A stretch of 64,000 nt of DNA from NCBI GenBank assembly GCA_963758195.1, contig CAVWUH010000002.1:3981560-4045559 (forward strand), read 5' to 3'. The notes below the pieces were generated by a model, which searched no databases, was not told the DNA's origin, and was given only the letters and a program-made list of their open reading frames with translations. A program made the translations under genes and the position numbers. Shown here in pieces: positions 1-8,385 of the stretch; position 1 is the first letter of the stretch; every line of letters starts with the position of its first letter. Source of the DNA: an uncultured Acidobacteriota bacterium (GTDB lineage: Bacteria; Acidobacteriota; Thermoanaerobaculia; Gp7-AA8).

Positions 1-409
1 CTTCTTCGCCGATCTTCTTCAGGATCCGATCGCGGCCTCCGTTGAACAACTTTGCGGAGTACGAGCCCTCGGGACGTTTCTCATTGCGATCACGCAGGAC
101 GGACATCAGCCGTTCCAATGGACGCGGCGGTACGTCCGCGAAGCACGACGTTGCGCCGGTGTGACACGCCGGACCGCGCGGTTCGACCGTGATGACCAGC
201 GCGTCGCGATCGCAGTCTTCGGCGATGTGGAGGACGCGTTGCGTGTTGCCGCTCGTTGCGCCTTTGTGCCAGAGCTCGTTGCGGCTGCGGCTCCAGAACC
301 AGGTCTCGCCGGTCTCGCGCGTTTTGGCGAGCGATTCTTCGTTCATGTAGGCGAGCGTGAGGATCGCGCCGGTTCTCGCGTCGCGAATGATTGCGGGGAT
401 GAGGTTCAT
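1..409 (-). CDS. hisIE: bifunctional PR-AMP cyclohydrolase / PR-ATP pyrophosphatase HisIE, C-terminus beyond window edge
   Basis: Hand translation from ATG 409..407: [90 protein letters not shown] (HisI core), then HisE-like [24 protein letters not shown] overlap with hisF stop. Missing from the ORF track only because it is truncated. Confidence 0.85.
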   Translation of the reverse strand, partial: MNLIPAIIRDARTGAILTLAYMNEESLAKTRETGETWFWSRSRNELWHKGATSGNTQRVLHIAEDCDRDALVITVEPRGPACHTGATSCFADVPPRPLERLMSVLRDRNEKRPEGSYSAKLFNGGRDRILKKIGEE

Positions 410-1866
410 CGGACTGGAATCCCTTCTGCGTCGAGGTGGTGCTTCACGTCGCTGACCGTGAGCACGCCGTCGTGAAAGAGAGAGGCGGCGAGGATGGCGC
501 GCGCGCCGCCGGACTCGATGGCGTCGCGAAAGTCGTCGAGACAACCCGCGCCGCCCGAGGCGATCACCCCGATGCGGAGGCGCGAGGTGACGGCGCGCAG
601 CAACTCGATGTCGAAGCCGCGGTTCGTTCCGTCGCGATCGACGGACGTGAGCAGAATCTCGCCGGCTCCCAGCTCTTCGGCGCGCGCGCACCATTCGACG
701 GCATCGACGCTCGTGAGTTCGCGTCCGCTGCGCATTGTGGCCAAACCTTCCTTCGCGTCGCAGGAAAGCACGACTGCCTGCACGCCGAACTCCTGCGCGC
801 ATTCGCGGATCAGTTCGGGTCTGCGCATGGCGGCGGTGTTGATGGCGACGCGATCGGCGCCGGCGCGCAACGTCGAACGAAAGTCGTCGATCGTGCGCAC
901 GCCGCCGCCGACGGTGAGCGGGATGAAGATCGACTCGGCGACCCGGCGAACGGTTTCCGTCGCCGTCGTCGTGTCGCGGTCCGTGGCGGAGACGTCGAGC
1001 ATCACCAGTTCGTCCGCTCCCTCCTGCTCGTAGCGCATCGCACATGCGACCGGATCGCCGGCATCGCGGAGATTCGCGAACGACACGCCCTTCACGACGC
1101 GTCCGTCGCGTACGTCGAGGCAGGGGATGACGCGCTCGGGGATCGCGTTCGGTGTCGCGAGCCGCGCACGTACCTCGCGAAAATCGATTCGCCGCTCGAG
1201 CAGCGCCCGGCCGATGACGGAGCCGCTGATGTTGCCGAGGCGCGCGAGCGAGATCGTGTCGCTGACGGTGGAAACGCCGCCGGACGCGATGATACCCACG
1301 CTCGTCATCCGGCGAAGCTCGCGATACAGCGCGAAGGAAGGACCGCGCAGGACGCCGTCGCGAGAGATGTCGGTGACGAGTGCCTCGGGAATCGCGAGCG
1401 CTTCGATGCGCGCGAAGATGTCCGCGAGGGTCGTTGTCGATGCGCTCTCCCAGCCGTCGGTGCGAATGACGCCGTCGCGCACGTCGACCGCGGGAAGGAT
1501 CCGATCGGCGCCGAATGCGTCGACGAGCGCGGCCAGGAGATGCGGCGAGGTCGCGGCGACCGTTCCGACGACGACGCGCTGCACGCCGCAATCGAGCCAG
1601 CGGCGCGCGTCGTCGGTCGAGCGGATGCCGCCGCCGACTTGCAGGATGAGATCACGACGCGCGAGACGGCGAACGATCTCGGTCTCGATGGGTCGTCCCG
1701 TTCGCGAGGCTTCGAGGTCGACGAGATGCAGCCGCGTTCCGCGCGGAACGTCGAGCGAATCGAGCACCGCTTCCGGCTCGCCGTAGTCGCGCGCCGACGC
1801 GAACTCACCGCGCGTCAGACGAACGACGCGGCCATTGAGCAGATCGAGCGAAGGGATCAGTTCCAT
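406..1866 (-). CDS. hisA-hisF: HisA (ProFAR isomerase, ~1866..1141) and HisF (IGP synthase cyclase subunit, ~1140..409) in one uninterrupted reading frame
   Basis: Part of ORF 406..2751(-). [17 protein letters not shown]...QVGGGIRS...[12 protein letters not shown] is HisA-like. It continues directly as ...[24 protein letters not shown]...LTVGGGVR...SVDRDGT...ASGGAG...ASLFH, which is HisF-like. No stop and no ATG/GTG/TTG lies between the two barrels. Confidence 0.8.
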   Translation of the reverse strand: MELIPSLDLLNGRVVRLTRGEFASARDYGEPEAVLDSLDVPRGTRLHLVDLEASRTGRPIETEIVRRLARRDLILQVGGGIRSTDDARRWLDCGVQRVVVGTVAATSPHLLAALVDAFGADRILPAVDVRDGVIRTDGWESASTTTLADIFARIEALAIPEALVTDISRDGVLRGPSFALYRELRRMTSVGIIASGGVSTVSDTISLARLGNISGSVIGRALLERRIDFREVRARLATPNAIPERVIPCLDVRDGRVVKGVSFANLRDAGDPVACAMRYEQEGADELVMLDVSATDRDTTTATETVRRVAESIFIPLTVGGGVRTIDDFRSTLRAGADRVAINTAAMRRPELIRECAQEFGVQAVVLSCDAKEGLATMRSGRELTSVDAVEWCARAEELGAGEILLTSVDRDGTNRGFDIELLRAVTSRLRIGVIASGGAGCLDDFRDAIESGGARAILAASLFHDGVLTVSDVKHHLDAEGIPVR

Positions 1867-2604
1867 TGCACGAAGTTCCTCAGCACACGCAGGCCCGCGT
1901 CGGACGATTTCTCGGGATGGAACTGCACGCCGAACACGCGTCGCTCCTGGGCCGCGGCGGTGAAGGTGCCGTCGTAGTCCGCAGACGCGATCTCGTCTGG
2001 CGACGCCGCGCGCCGCAAACGAGTTGACGAAGTAGAACGGCGTTCCGTCGTCGATGCCATCGAAGAGCGGACCGTGCCCGGTCACGCGATTCCATCCGAT
2101 CTGTGGCACGGGCAGCGGTCCGTCGAAGTGCTCGACCTCACCGCGAAGGAGACCGAGGCCGCGCGTGGAGCCCATCTCGCTGGAGACGTCGAAGAGAACT
2201 TGATGGCCGACGCAGATGCCGAGGAGGAGCGCCTCATTCGTCACCGCCTCGCGAATCGCGGCGTCGAGGTGCGTCGACTCGAGAAACTGCATCGCCGCCG
2301 CGAACGAACCGACCCCCGGCAGCACCAGTTTGCGCGCCCGCGCGATCGCACGCGGTTCACGCGTGAGCTCGAGATCTGCGCCGCACGCGCGCAACGCGCG
2401 CGCGATGTTCGCGACGTTGGCGACGGGAGAATCGATAAGGGTGACGGCAGAAGCCGCAGGCTTCGGCGGTTCTGTGTAGCGACGGCCGCCCTCGGCCGTC
2501 GGCTCGAGCGCCACACGAAAATCCGAGACGGAATGCACATCGTTCTGCTTGCCGGCCGAGGGCGGCCAGCACCACACAGAACCGCGTTCGCTCCGCGAAA
2601 ACAT
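1857..2604 (-). CDS. hisH: IGP synthase glutamine amidotransferase subunit HisH, frame-disrupted near 2004-2016
   Basis: N-part is in the frame of ORF 406..2751 (VTLIDSPVANVANIARAL...LVLPGVGSFAAAM...LLGICVGHQVLF...FYFVNSFAA). C-part is in ORF 1857..2060 (ASPDEIASADYDGTFTAAAQERRVFGVQFHPEKS). A +1 shift is needed inside GCGGCGCGCGGCG. TGATG junction with hisB at 2604. Start uncertain: ATG 2604 or GTG 2514. Confidence 0.8.
2464..2586. repeat. hairpin repeat family F (arms GGTTCTGTGTAGCG.GGCCGCCCTCGGCCG / CGGCCGAGGGCGGCC..CACACAGAACC) lying in the 5' part of the hisH frame
   Basis: Arms 2464-2498 and 2553-2586 are reverse complements. A second copy with the same arms and a different loop lies at 16394-16550. 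Confidence 0.8.
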
Positions 2605-3191
2605 CAAATCACTCCCTTCGTGCTCGGCACGTCCGCTCCGACAACTTCCTTCGCCATACGAACCGCGATCGCGAACGCCTTGAAGATCGCCTCCGCCGCG
2701 TGGTGGCCGTTGCGGCCGCGGATCAGGTCGACGTGGATGTTGCAGGCGCACTTGTTCGCGAACGACTTGAAGAACTCCTCGACGAGCGCGAACGGAAAGT
2801 CGCGGTGGATGAGCAGCATCTCGCGATCGATCGGAACGTCGAACACGAGAAACGGACGGCCGGAGAAATCGACGACCACGCGCGCGAGCGATTCGTCGAG
2901 CGGCACGTAGGCGTGGCCGAAGCGACGGATGCCGCGCTTGTCGTTGAGCGCGGCGGCGAACGCTTCGCCGAGGACGAGGCCCGTGTCTTCGACGGTGTGG
3001 TGATAGTCGATGAACGTGTCGCCGGTAGCGACGATGTCGAGATCGACCTGGCCGTGACGGGAGATCACCTCGAGCATGTGCGAGAGAAATCCGATCGGCG
3101 TGTCGATCTTCGAACGGCCGATGCCGTCGAGGTCGAGCGTGACCGCGACCGAGGTTTCCTTCGTGGCGCGTGTGACCGTGGCCGTTCTCAT
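2604..3191 (-). CDS. hisB: imidazoleglycerol-phosphate dehydratase
   Basis: ORF 195 aa: TKETSVAVTLDLDG...GFLSHMLEVISRHG...DYHHTVEDTGLVLGEAF...NGHHAAEAIFKAFA. ATGA overlap with the hisC stop. Confidence 0.95.
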   Translation of the reverse strand: MRTATVTRATKETSVAVTLDLDGIGRSKIDTPIGFLSHMLEVISRHGQVDLDIVATGDTFIDYHHTVEDTGLVLGEAFAAALNDKRGIRRFGHAYVPLDESLARVVVDFSGRPFLVFDVPIDREMLLIHRDFPFALVEEFFKSFANKCACNIHVDLIRGRNGHHAAEAIFKAFAIAVRMAKEVVGADVPSTKGVI

Positions 3192-4217
3192 GCGAGCTCC
3201 TTCAGTGCGGCGAGGAAGCAGTCGTTCTCGTCACGCGTGCCGATCGACACGCGCAGGCAGCGCTGCATGCGCGGATACGACGAAACGTCGCGCAGGAGAA
3301 TGCCGCGGCGATGGAAGTCGTCAAGCAACAACGCGGAGCGGAAGGCGACGAAGTTCGCCGACGTCGGAAAGACGGTTAGCGCCGGAATCGCGCGCATCAC
3401 GGCGAGGATGCGCTCGCGCTCGGCGAGCATACGCGCGACGTTGCCGTCGCGGATGTCGCGGCGCGCGAGCGCGGCCGCGGCGATGGTTTCGCTGACGATG
3501 TTGAGGCTGTAGGGGAGCTTCACCTTACGGATCTGGCGGCAGGTCGCGGCGGTCGACGCGAGCCAGCCGACGCGCAGACCGGCGAGGCCCCAGGCCTTCG
3601 AGAAGGTCGAGAACGTGACGAGGCGATCGTGCAGCGGAGGCAGCGTGTCGTTCGCGAAGTCGCCGTACGCGCGATCGAAGAGCACGGTTGCGCCAGTGGC
3701 CAGCAGCGCGTCGAGTCCGCCGCGTGGCAGCACGCCGCCCGTGGGGTTGTTCGGCGAGCAGAGAATCGCGATGGAGCCGGGAAGCTCTTCGAGCGCGCGA
3801 AGCATCTCGTCGAGCGGCAGAAAACCGGAATCGGGATCGAACTCGATGGGAACTGCGTTGCCGCCGGCGATCGTGATCAGTTTCTCGTAAAGCGTGAAGG
3901 TCGGGCGCGGAAAGACCACGGGCAGTGCCTGGCCCGACGAACGCGCCGATCGCGGCGGCGAGAAGCTCATTCGAGCCGTTGCCGGTGAGGATCTCTTCCG
4001 CGCGCAGGTCGTACGCATTCGCGAGCGCGTTGCGGAGCGTGGTCGATTCGAAGTCGGGATAGCGATTCCAGGGCATGGCTTCGATCTGCGCGAGGAGCTG
4101 TTGTTTGATCTCGCGCGGAACGTCGAACGGGCTTTCGTTCTGATTCACCTTGACCTCGGCTTCGCGGAGCTCGAGGGTGTAAGCGGTCATGGCGGCGACG
4201 GCGGCGCGGGCGTTCAT
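3188..4217 (-). CDS. hisC: histidinol-phosphate aminotransferase, frame-disrupted near 3925-3940
   Basis: N-part is in ORF 3525..4217 (VKVNQNESPFDVPREIKQQL...ILTGNGSNELLAAAIGAFVGPG). The rest is in ORF 3188..4018 (QALPVVFPRPTFTLYEKL...LCSPNNPTGGVL...STFSKAWGLAGLRVGW). A +1 shift is needed at GGGCCAGGC. Confidence 0.85.
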
Positions 4218-5455
4218 TTCGTGGCTCCTGCGATCGGCTGGAAGCCGGTGGACCGGCAGGCTGGAAGCCTGCGCTCCGTGATCCTGCGCTCCATCGACTG
4301 GGCGTGTTGCGGCAGGCCTTCGAATCGGGCGATGGCGGCGGCGGACGGGGCGAGATCCTGCAGTTCCTCTTCGCTCAGCGTGATGATGTTCGTGCGTTTC
4401 ACGAAGTCGTAAACGCCGAGGGGCGAGAAGAAGCGCGCGCTGCCGGCGGTGGGGAGAACGTGATTCGAGCCGATCACGTAATCGCCCGCGGCCGGCGGCG
4501 CAAACGGGCCGCAGTAGATCGCGCCGGCATTGCGGGCGCGGTCGGCAATCGATCGCGCGTCGCGCGCGTGAATCGAAAGATGCTCGGGCGCGATGCGGTC
4601 GGCGATGGCGATCGCTTCGTCGACCGAGCTTGCGGTGAGCGTGAGCGTCGCGCGAACGTCAAGCGCCTTTCCTATGCAGATGCAGATCACGGCGGAGTCG
4701 GGGCCGTGCTCCTGTTGCGCGTCGAGATCGGCCTGCACGTATTCGACGTTCGCGGAGTCATCGGCGATCACGACGAGCTCCGTCGGCCCGGCGGTCATGT
4801 CAATGCCGACTTCGCCGATGAGCCGCGCCTTTGCCGCGGTGACGTAGGCGTTCCCGGGGCCGGCGATCTTGTCGACGCGCGTGAGCGTTTGCGTTCCGAG
4901 GGCGAGCGCGGCGATGCCCGACGCGCCGCCGGAGCGATAGATCTCACGAATGCCGAGGCGCGAGCAGACGTAGTGCAGCTCATTGCGCGCGGCGACCGCA
5001 GGCGTCGTGGCGACCACGATCTCTTCGACGCCGGCGATCCGCGCGGGAACGGCGCACATGATCAGCGTCGAGACGTACACCGCACGTCCGCCGGGAACAT
5101 AAACGCCGACGCGCCGCAGCGGCTTCACGCGATGCGTCACGCCTTCCCACGTGTACGAGGCAGGCAATTGCGCACGATGGAACGCCTCGACCCGCGCGAT
5201 GGCGAGATCGAGCGCCTGCGCGAGTCCGGCATCGATGTGCGCTTCGCGCACCGTCATGAGGATCTCTTCGGGCTCGATCGAGACGCCGTCGAAGCGTTCG
5301 ATCTGTCGCGCGACGTAGCGATCTCCCTCCGCGCGCACGCCGGCGATCATGTCGTCGGCAACGCGCAGCGCGTCTTCGTTCGCGCGTCCGCGACGCGCTT
5401 CGATCTCCCGCAACGCGGCTTCTGCTTCAGGCGACGCAGCTTCGAGCTTGTTCAT
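4214..5455 (-). CDS. hisD: histidinol dehydrogenase with a repeat-encoded C-terminal tail
   Basis: ORF 413 aa: VGVYVPGGRAVYVSTLIM...IAGPGNAYVTAAK...QQEHGPDS...IGSNHVLPTAGSARF. The last ~19 aa (RRLPACRSTGFQPIAGATK) are read from repeat family G. ATGA overlap with the hisC start. Confidence 0.95.
   Translation of the reverse strand: MNKLEAASPEAEAALREIEARRGRANEDALRVADDMIAGVRAEGDRYVARQIERFDGVSIEPEEILMTVREAHIDAGLAQALDLAIARVEAFHRAQLPASYTWEGVTHRVKPLRRVGVYVPGGRAVYVSTLIMCAVPARIAGVEEIVVATTPAVAARNELHYVCSRLGIREIYRSGGASGIAALALGTQTLTRVDKIAGPGNAYVTAAKARLIGEVGIDMTAGPTELVVIADDSANVEYVQADLDAQQEHGPDSAVICICIGKALDVRATLTLTASSVDEAIAIADRIAPEHLSIHARDARSIADRARNAGAIYCGPFAPPAAGDYVIGSNHVLPTAGSARFFSPLGVYDFVKRTNIITLSEEELQDLAPSAAAIARFEGLPQHAQSMERRITERRLPACRSTGFQPIAGATK
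4234..4275. repeat. repeat family G (GGCTGGAAGCC twin mini-hairpins) inside the hisD 3' end
   Basis: CGGCTGGAAGCCGGTGGACCGGCAGGCTGGAAGCCTGCGCTC. Near-identical copy at 6085-6127. Confidence 0.85.
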
Positions 5456-6068
5456 GTTTCGCTTCCTCGATCCGCGCGATCAGCTCGCGGATCCGTTGGT
5501 TGTTCATGCGGTAAACGTTCTTCGACACGATGAGCCGCGGCGTGATTTCCGCGACGAGGTCCTGCAATTCGAGGTTGTGGACGCGCACGGTCTCGCCGGT
5601 CTCCACGAGGTCGACGACGTGCGAGGTGAGGCCGAGCACCGCCGCCAGCTCGACCGAACCGGCGAGCGGCACGACCTCGGCGCGCAGGGCGTTCGCGTCG
5701 AGGTATTGGCGCGTGACGCGCGGATATTTCGTGGCAATGCGCGCGGTGATGTCGCGCGACAATCGTGGCGAGCCGGCGGCGCCAATCACCATCATCCGGC
5801 AGCGCCCGTACGGCAGTTCGAGCGATTGGTAGGCCGTGCTCTCGTGCTCGAGAATCTGATCGAAGCCCGCGACGCCGGCGTCCGCCGCGCCATGCTCGAC
5901 ATAGGCGGGGACATCGGAGTCCTTGACGAAGATCCACTCGATGCCGCCGCGCGTGAAGACGAGCCTTCGCGTGCGGAGATCGAGCTCGGTGGGAACGTCG
6001 TAGCCCGCGGCTTCGAACGTCGCCAGAACGGGCGATTGCAGTCGCCCTTTGGGAATTGCGATTCTCAT
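5427..6068 (-). CDS. hisG: ATP phosphoribosyltransferase, short (HisZ-dependent) form
   Basis: ORF 213 aa: [15 protein letters not shown]...FVKDSDVPAYVEHGAADAGVAGFD...VATKYPRVT...LTSHVVDLVETGETV. ATGA overlap with the hisZ stop. Confidence 0.9.
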   Translation of the reverse strand: MRIAIPKGRLQSPVLATFEAAGYDVPTELDLRTRRLVFTRGGIEWIFVKDSDVPAYVEHGAADAGVAGFDQILEHESTAYQSLELPYGRCRMMVIGAAGSPRLSRDITARIATKYPRVTRQYLDANALRAEVVPLAGSVELAAVLGLTSHVVDLVETGETVRVHNLELQDLVAEITPRLIVSKNVYRMNNQRIRELIARIEEAKHEQARSCVA

Positions 6069-6844
6069 GATTGCTCCTGTGGTGCCGGCTGGAAGCCGGC
6101 GGACCGGCCGGCTGGAAGCCTGCGCTCCTCCAATTCATCGATGGTGAAGGTGAAGCCGATCGCCGGCGCGTCGTGGCCGAAACGGCCGTAGAGCGTGTCG
6201 TAGCGTCCGCCCTGCGCGATCAACGTGCGGCGATCGTTGCCGAAGACGCCGAAGCGGAGACCGGTGTAGTAGCCGGTGTCGGTTTCGCGGTCATCGACAT
6301 AGGCGACGAATCGCGGATCGTCGCCGAGATCGGCGGTGAGCTCGGAGCCGAGCGCCGCGACGCCGGTGTACGTGACGAGGGGATCGATGTCGAACGATCG
6401 CGCGATCGTCGCGACGAGCCGCAGGATCGCGGCGTCCGCTGATGGAGAAGGATCGCCAATCAGTTCTGCGCCGATCTGGAAGAGCTCGCGGTTGGCGCCG
6501 AGTCGCGTGGCCTGACAACGAATGACGTCGCCGCGATAGAAGACGCGCAGCGGCAGATCGTCTTCGTCGAGCGCCGGCGCGAGCGCGCGGGCAACCATCG
6601 GTGTGAAGTCGGATCGAATCGCGACGAGCTCACCGTCGCGATCGGTGAATCGATAGCTCTGTCGCGCGGCGTCGCGTCCCATCACCGTCGCGTAGGGTTC
6701 CGCGAAGTCGATGATCGGCAGGACGACCTCGGCGAAGCCTTCGCTTTCGAGGAGCGCAACGAAACGCGATTCGATGCGTCTTCGCCGCGCCGTCTCTTCG
6801 ATCAGCAGCGGTCGTGCGCCCGTCGGATATCTGAATTTGCCCAT
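6065..6844 (-). CDS. hisZ: ATP phosphoribosyltransferase regulatory subunit (HisRS paralogue) with a repeat-encoded C-terminal tail
   Basis: ORF 259 aa: class-II aaRS-like core ([46 protein letters not shown]). It sits next to a short hisG. The tail [19 protein letters not shown] comes from repeat family G. Confidence 0.8.
   Translation of the reverse strand: MGKFRYPTGARPLLIEETARRRRIESRFVALLESEGFAEVVLPIIDFAEPYATVMGRDAARQSYRFTDRDGELVAIRSDFTPMVARALAPALDEDDLPLRVFYRGDVIRCQATRLGANRELFQIGAELIGDPSPSADAAILRLVATIARSFDIDPLVTYTGVAALGSELTADLGDDPRFVAYVDDRETDTGYYTGLRFGVFGNDRRTLIAQGGRYDTLYGRFGHDAPAIGFTFTIDELEERRLPAGRSAGFQPAPQEQS
6085..6127. repeat. repeat family G copy inside the hisZ 3' end
   Basis: CCGGCTGGAAGCCGGCGGACCGGCCGGCTGGAAGCCTGCGCTC. 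Same reading frame and same position relative to the downstream ATGA junction as the hisD copy. Confidence 0.85.
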
Positions 6845-6845
6845 C

Positions 6846-6884
6846 AGTCAAAAAACCTCTTCCCCGTGTTCAGGAAGAGGTTTT
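6846..6884 (-). terminator. rho-independent terminator-like hairpin plus U6 directly upstream of the hisZ start (candidate attenuator terminator)
   Basis: Minus-strand RNA AACCUCUUCC-UGAACACGG-GGAAGAGGUU followed by UUUUUUGACUG-AUG(hisZ). Perfect 10-bp stem at 6854-6863/6873-6882. Confidence 0.6.
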
Positions 6885-6948
6885 CGACTCGTCGCAGATG
6901 CTCATCGCGTGCGCCCCCTCCTTTCGGCGGGGCACAACGAACGCACCC

Positions 6949-7032
6949 CTACCGCCTGTGATGGTGGTGGTGGTGCCGATGCGTGCGAGTGGCGTTCACG
7001 TCGCCGGGCAGTGTAGCAGAATGCGTTCCCAT
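6949..7032 (-). CDS. candidate his operon leader peptide (27 aa, His-codon run)
   Basis: Tail of ORF 6949..8169(-) from ATG 7032..7030: [27 protein letters not shown]. Codons are CAT CGG CAC CAC CAC CAC CAT CAC. It lies upstream of the terminator and hisZ. No obvious SD. Confidence 0.5.
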   Translation of the reverse strand: MGTHSATLPGDVNATRTHRHHHHHHRR

Positions 7033-7047
7033 TACAATCGCGCGACC

Positions 7048-8247
7048 ATGACGTCCACCATGACAATTGATGAACAACTCGACTACCTCGCCAAGGGGAC
7101 GGTCGATCTGATCGAGCGCGCTGACCTCAAGTCGAAGATGGAGCGGGGCAAGCCGCTGACGATCAAGGTCGGGTTCGATCCGACGGCGCCGGACATTCAC
7201 CTCGGCCACACGGTCGTGATCCGCAAGATGCGCCACTTCCAGCAGCTCGGGCATCGCGTGATTTTTCTCATCGGCGACTTCACCGGCATGATCGGCGACC
7301 CAACGGGCAAGAAGGCCACGCGTCCCGCGCTGTCGCGGGAAGAGATCGCCCAGAACGCGGAGACGTACCGCCGGCAGGTCTACAAGATTCTCGATCCCGA
7401 GAAGACGGAGATCCGCTTCAACTCCGAATGGCTCGGCGCCCTCGGCGCGGAAGGGATGGTCCGTCTTGCCGCGAAGTACACGCTGGCGCGCATCCTCGAA
7501 CGCGACGATTTTCGAAAACGCTTCGAAGCGCATCAGCCGATCGCCATCCACGAACTGCTTTATCCGCTCGCGCAAGGCTACGACTCCGTCGCGCTGAAGT
7601 GCGATGTGGAGATGGGCGGGACCGATCAGCTTTTCAATCTGCTCGTCGGCCGCGATCTCATGCGCGAGTACAAGCTCGAGCCGCAGGTCGTGATCACGAT
7701 GCCGCTGCTCGAAGGTCTCGATGGTGTCGAGAAGATGTCGAAGTCTCTCGGCAATTACATCGGCATCGACGAGGCGCCGGCGCAGATGTTCGGCAAGGTG
7801 ATGTCGATCTCCGATGAGCTGATGTGGAAGTACTACGTGCTCTGCACCGATCTCACGCCCGCGCAGATCGCCGAGCGGCGTTCGCTCCATCCCATGGATG
7901 CGAAGAAGGAACTGGCGAAGTCGATCATCCGCGACTTCCACGATGCCGATGCGGCGGAAGCGGCGGAAGCCGAGTTCAAGCGGATCTTCAGCGACGGACA
8001 GAGACCGACCGAGATCGAGGAGAAGTCGCTGCCGTCGACCGCCGAGCCCCAGCTCCTTGCCCGCGTCATCACCGCGGCGGGCCTGGCCGAGAGCAACAAG
8101 GACGCGCAGCGTCTGATCGCGCAAGGCGGAGTGCTCGTCGACGAAGTGAAGATCGAGTCGATCAAGCACGCGCTCGATGCCGCTGCGGGGAAGAGCTACG
8201 TGATCAAGGTGGGAAAGCGCCGGTTCGCGCGAGTGACGTTCGGCTAA
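7048..8247 (+). CDS. tyrS: tyrosine--tRNA ligase
   Basis: ORF 6898..8247, start taken at ATG 7048 ([14 protein letters not shown]). HLGH and KMSKS class-I signatures, with a C-terminal S4-like domain ([14 protein letters not shown]). Confidence 0.93.
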   Translation: MTSTMTIDEQLDYLAKGTVDLIERADLKSKMERGKPLTIKVGFDPTAPDIHLGHTVVIRKMRHFQQLGHRVIFLIGDFTGMIGDPTGKKATRPALSREEIAQNAETYRRQVYKILDPEKTEIRFNSEWLGALGAEGMVRLAAKYTLARILERDDFRKRFEAHQPIAIHELLYPLAQGYDSVALKCDVEMGGTDQLFNLLVGRDLMREYKLEPQVVITMPLLEGLDGVEKMSKSLGNYIGIDEAPAQMFGKVMSISDELMWKYYVLCTDLTPAQIAERRSLHPMDAKKELAKSIIRDFHDADAAEAAEAEFKRIFSDGQRPTEIEEKSLPSTAEPQLLARVITAAGLAESNKDAQRLIAQGGVLVDEVKIESIKHALDAAAGKSYVIKVGKRRFARVTFG

Positions 8248-8257
8248 AGCGCAAACC

Positions 8258-8375
8258 GTGGAGGGCGGGCTTATAGCCCGCCGATTCGGGGTGGAGGCGA
8301 TTTTGGGTGGGGCGGCGTTGGAACATCCAACACCACCACCACCCAGAACCGGCGGGCTATAAGCCCGCCCTCCAC
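8258..8375. repeat. repeat family E (GGAGGGCGGGCTTATAGCCCGCC twin hairpins), between convergent genes
   Basis: Arm GTGGAGGGCGGGCTTATAGCCCGCCG and its complement CGGCGGGCTATAAGCCCGCCCTCCAC. Each arm is itself palindromic. Second copy at 50267-50356. Confidence 0.8.
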
Positions 8376-8385
8376 GTGATCGGGA

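Noticed and set aside
6850-7047. T-box riboswitch upstream of tyrS (GGUGGUGGUGCCGAUGCG resembles the T-box GGUGGUACCGCG)
   Set aside because: The resemblance is simply the complement of the CAC/CAU His-codon run on the other strand. I could not find a Stem I with a UAC specifier loop or K-turn, nor a terminator or SD-sequestering helix on the + strand before ATG 7048. An Rfam T-box covariance-model scan would settle it.
6898-7047. N-terminal extension of TyrS from ATG 6898 ([12 protein letters not shown]...[11 protein letters not shown]...)
   Set aside because: The extension is low-complexity antisense of the his leader/attenuator and has no TyrS similarity. The conserved TyrS sequence starts right after ATG 7048.
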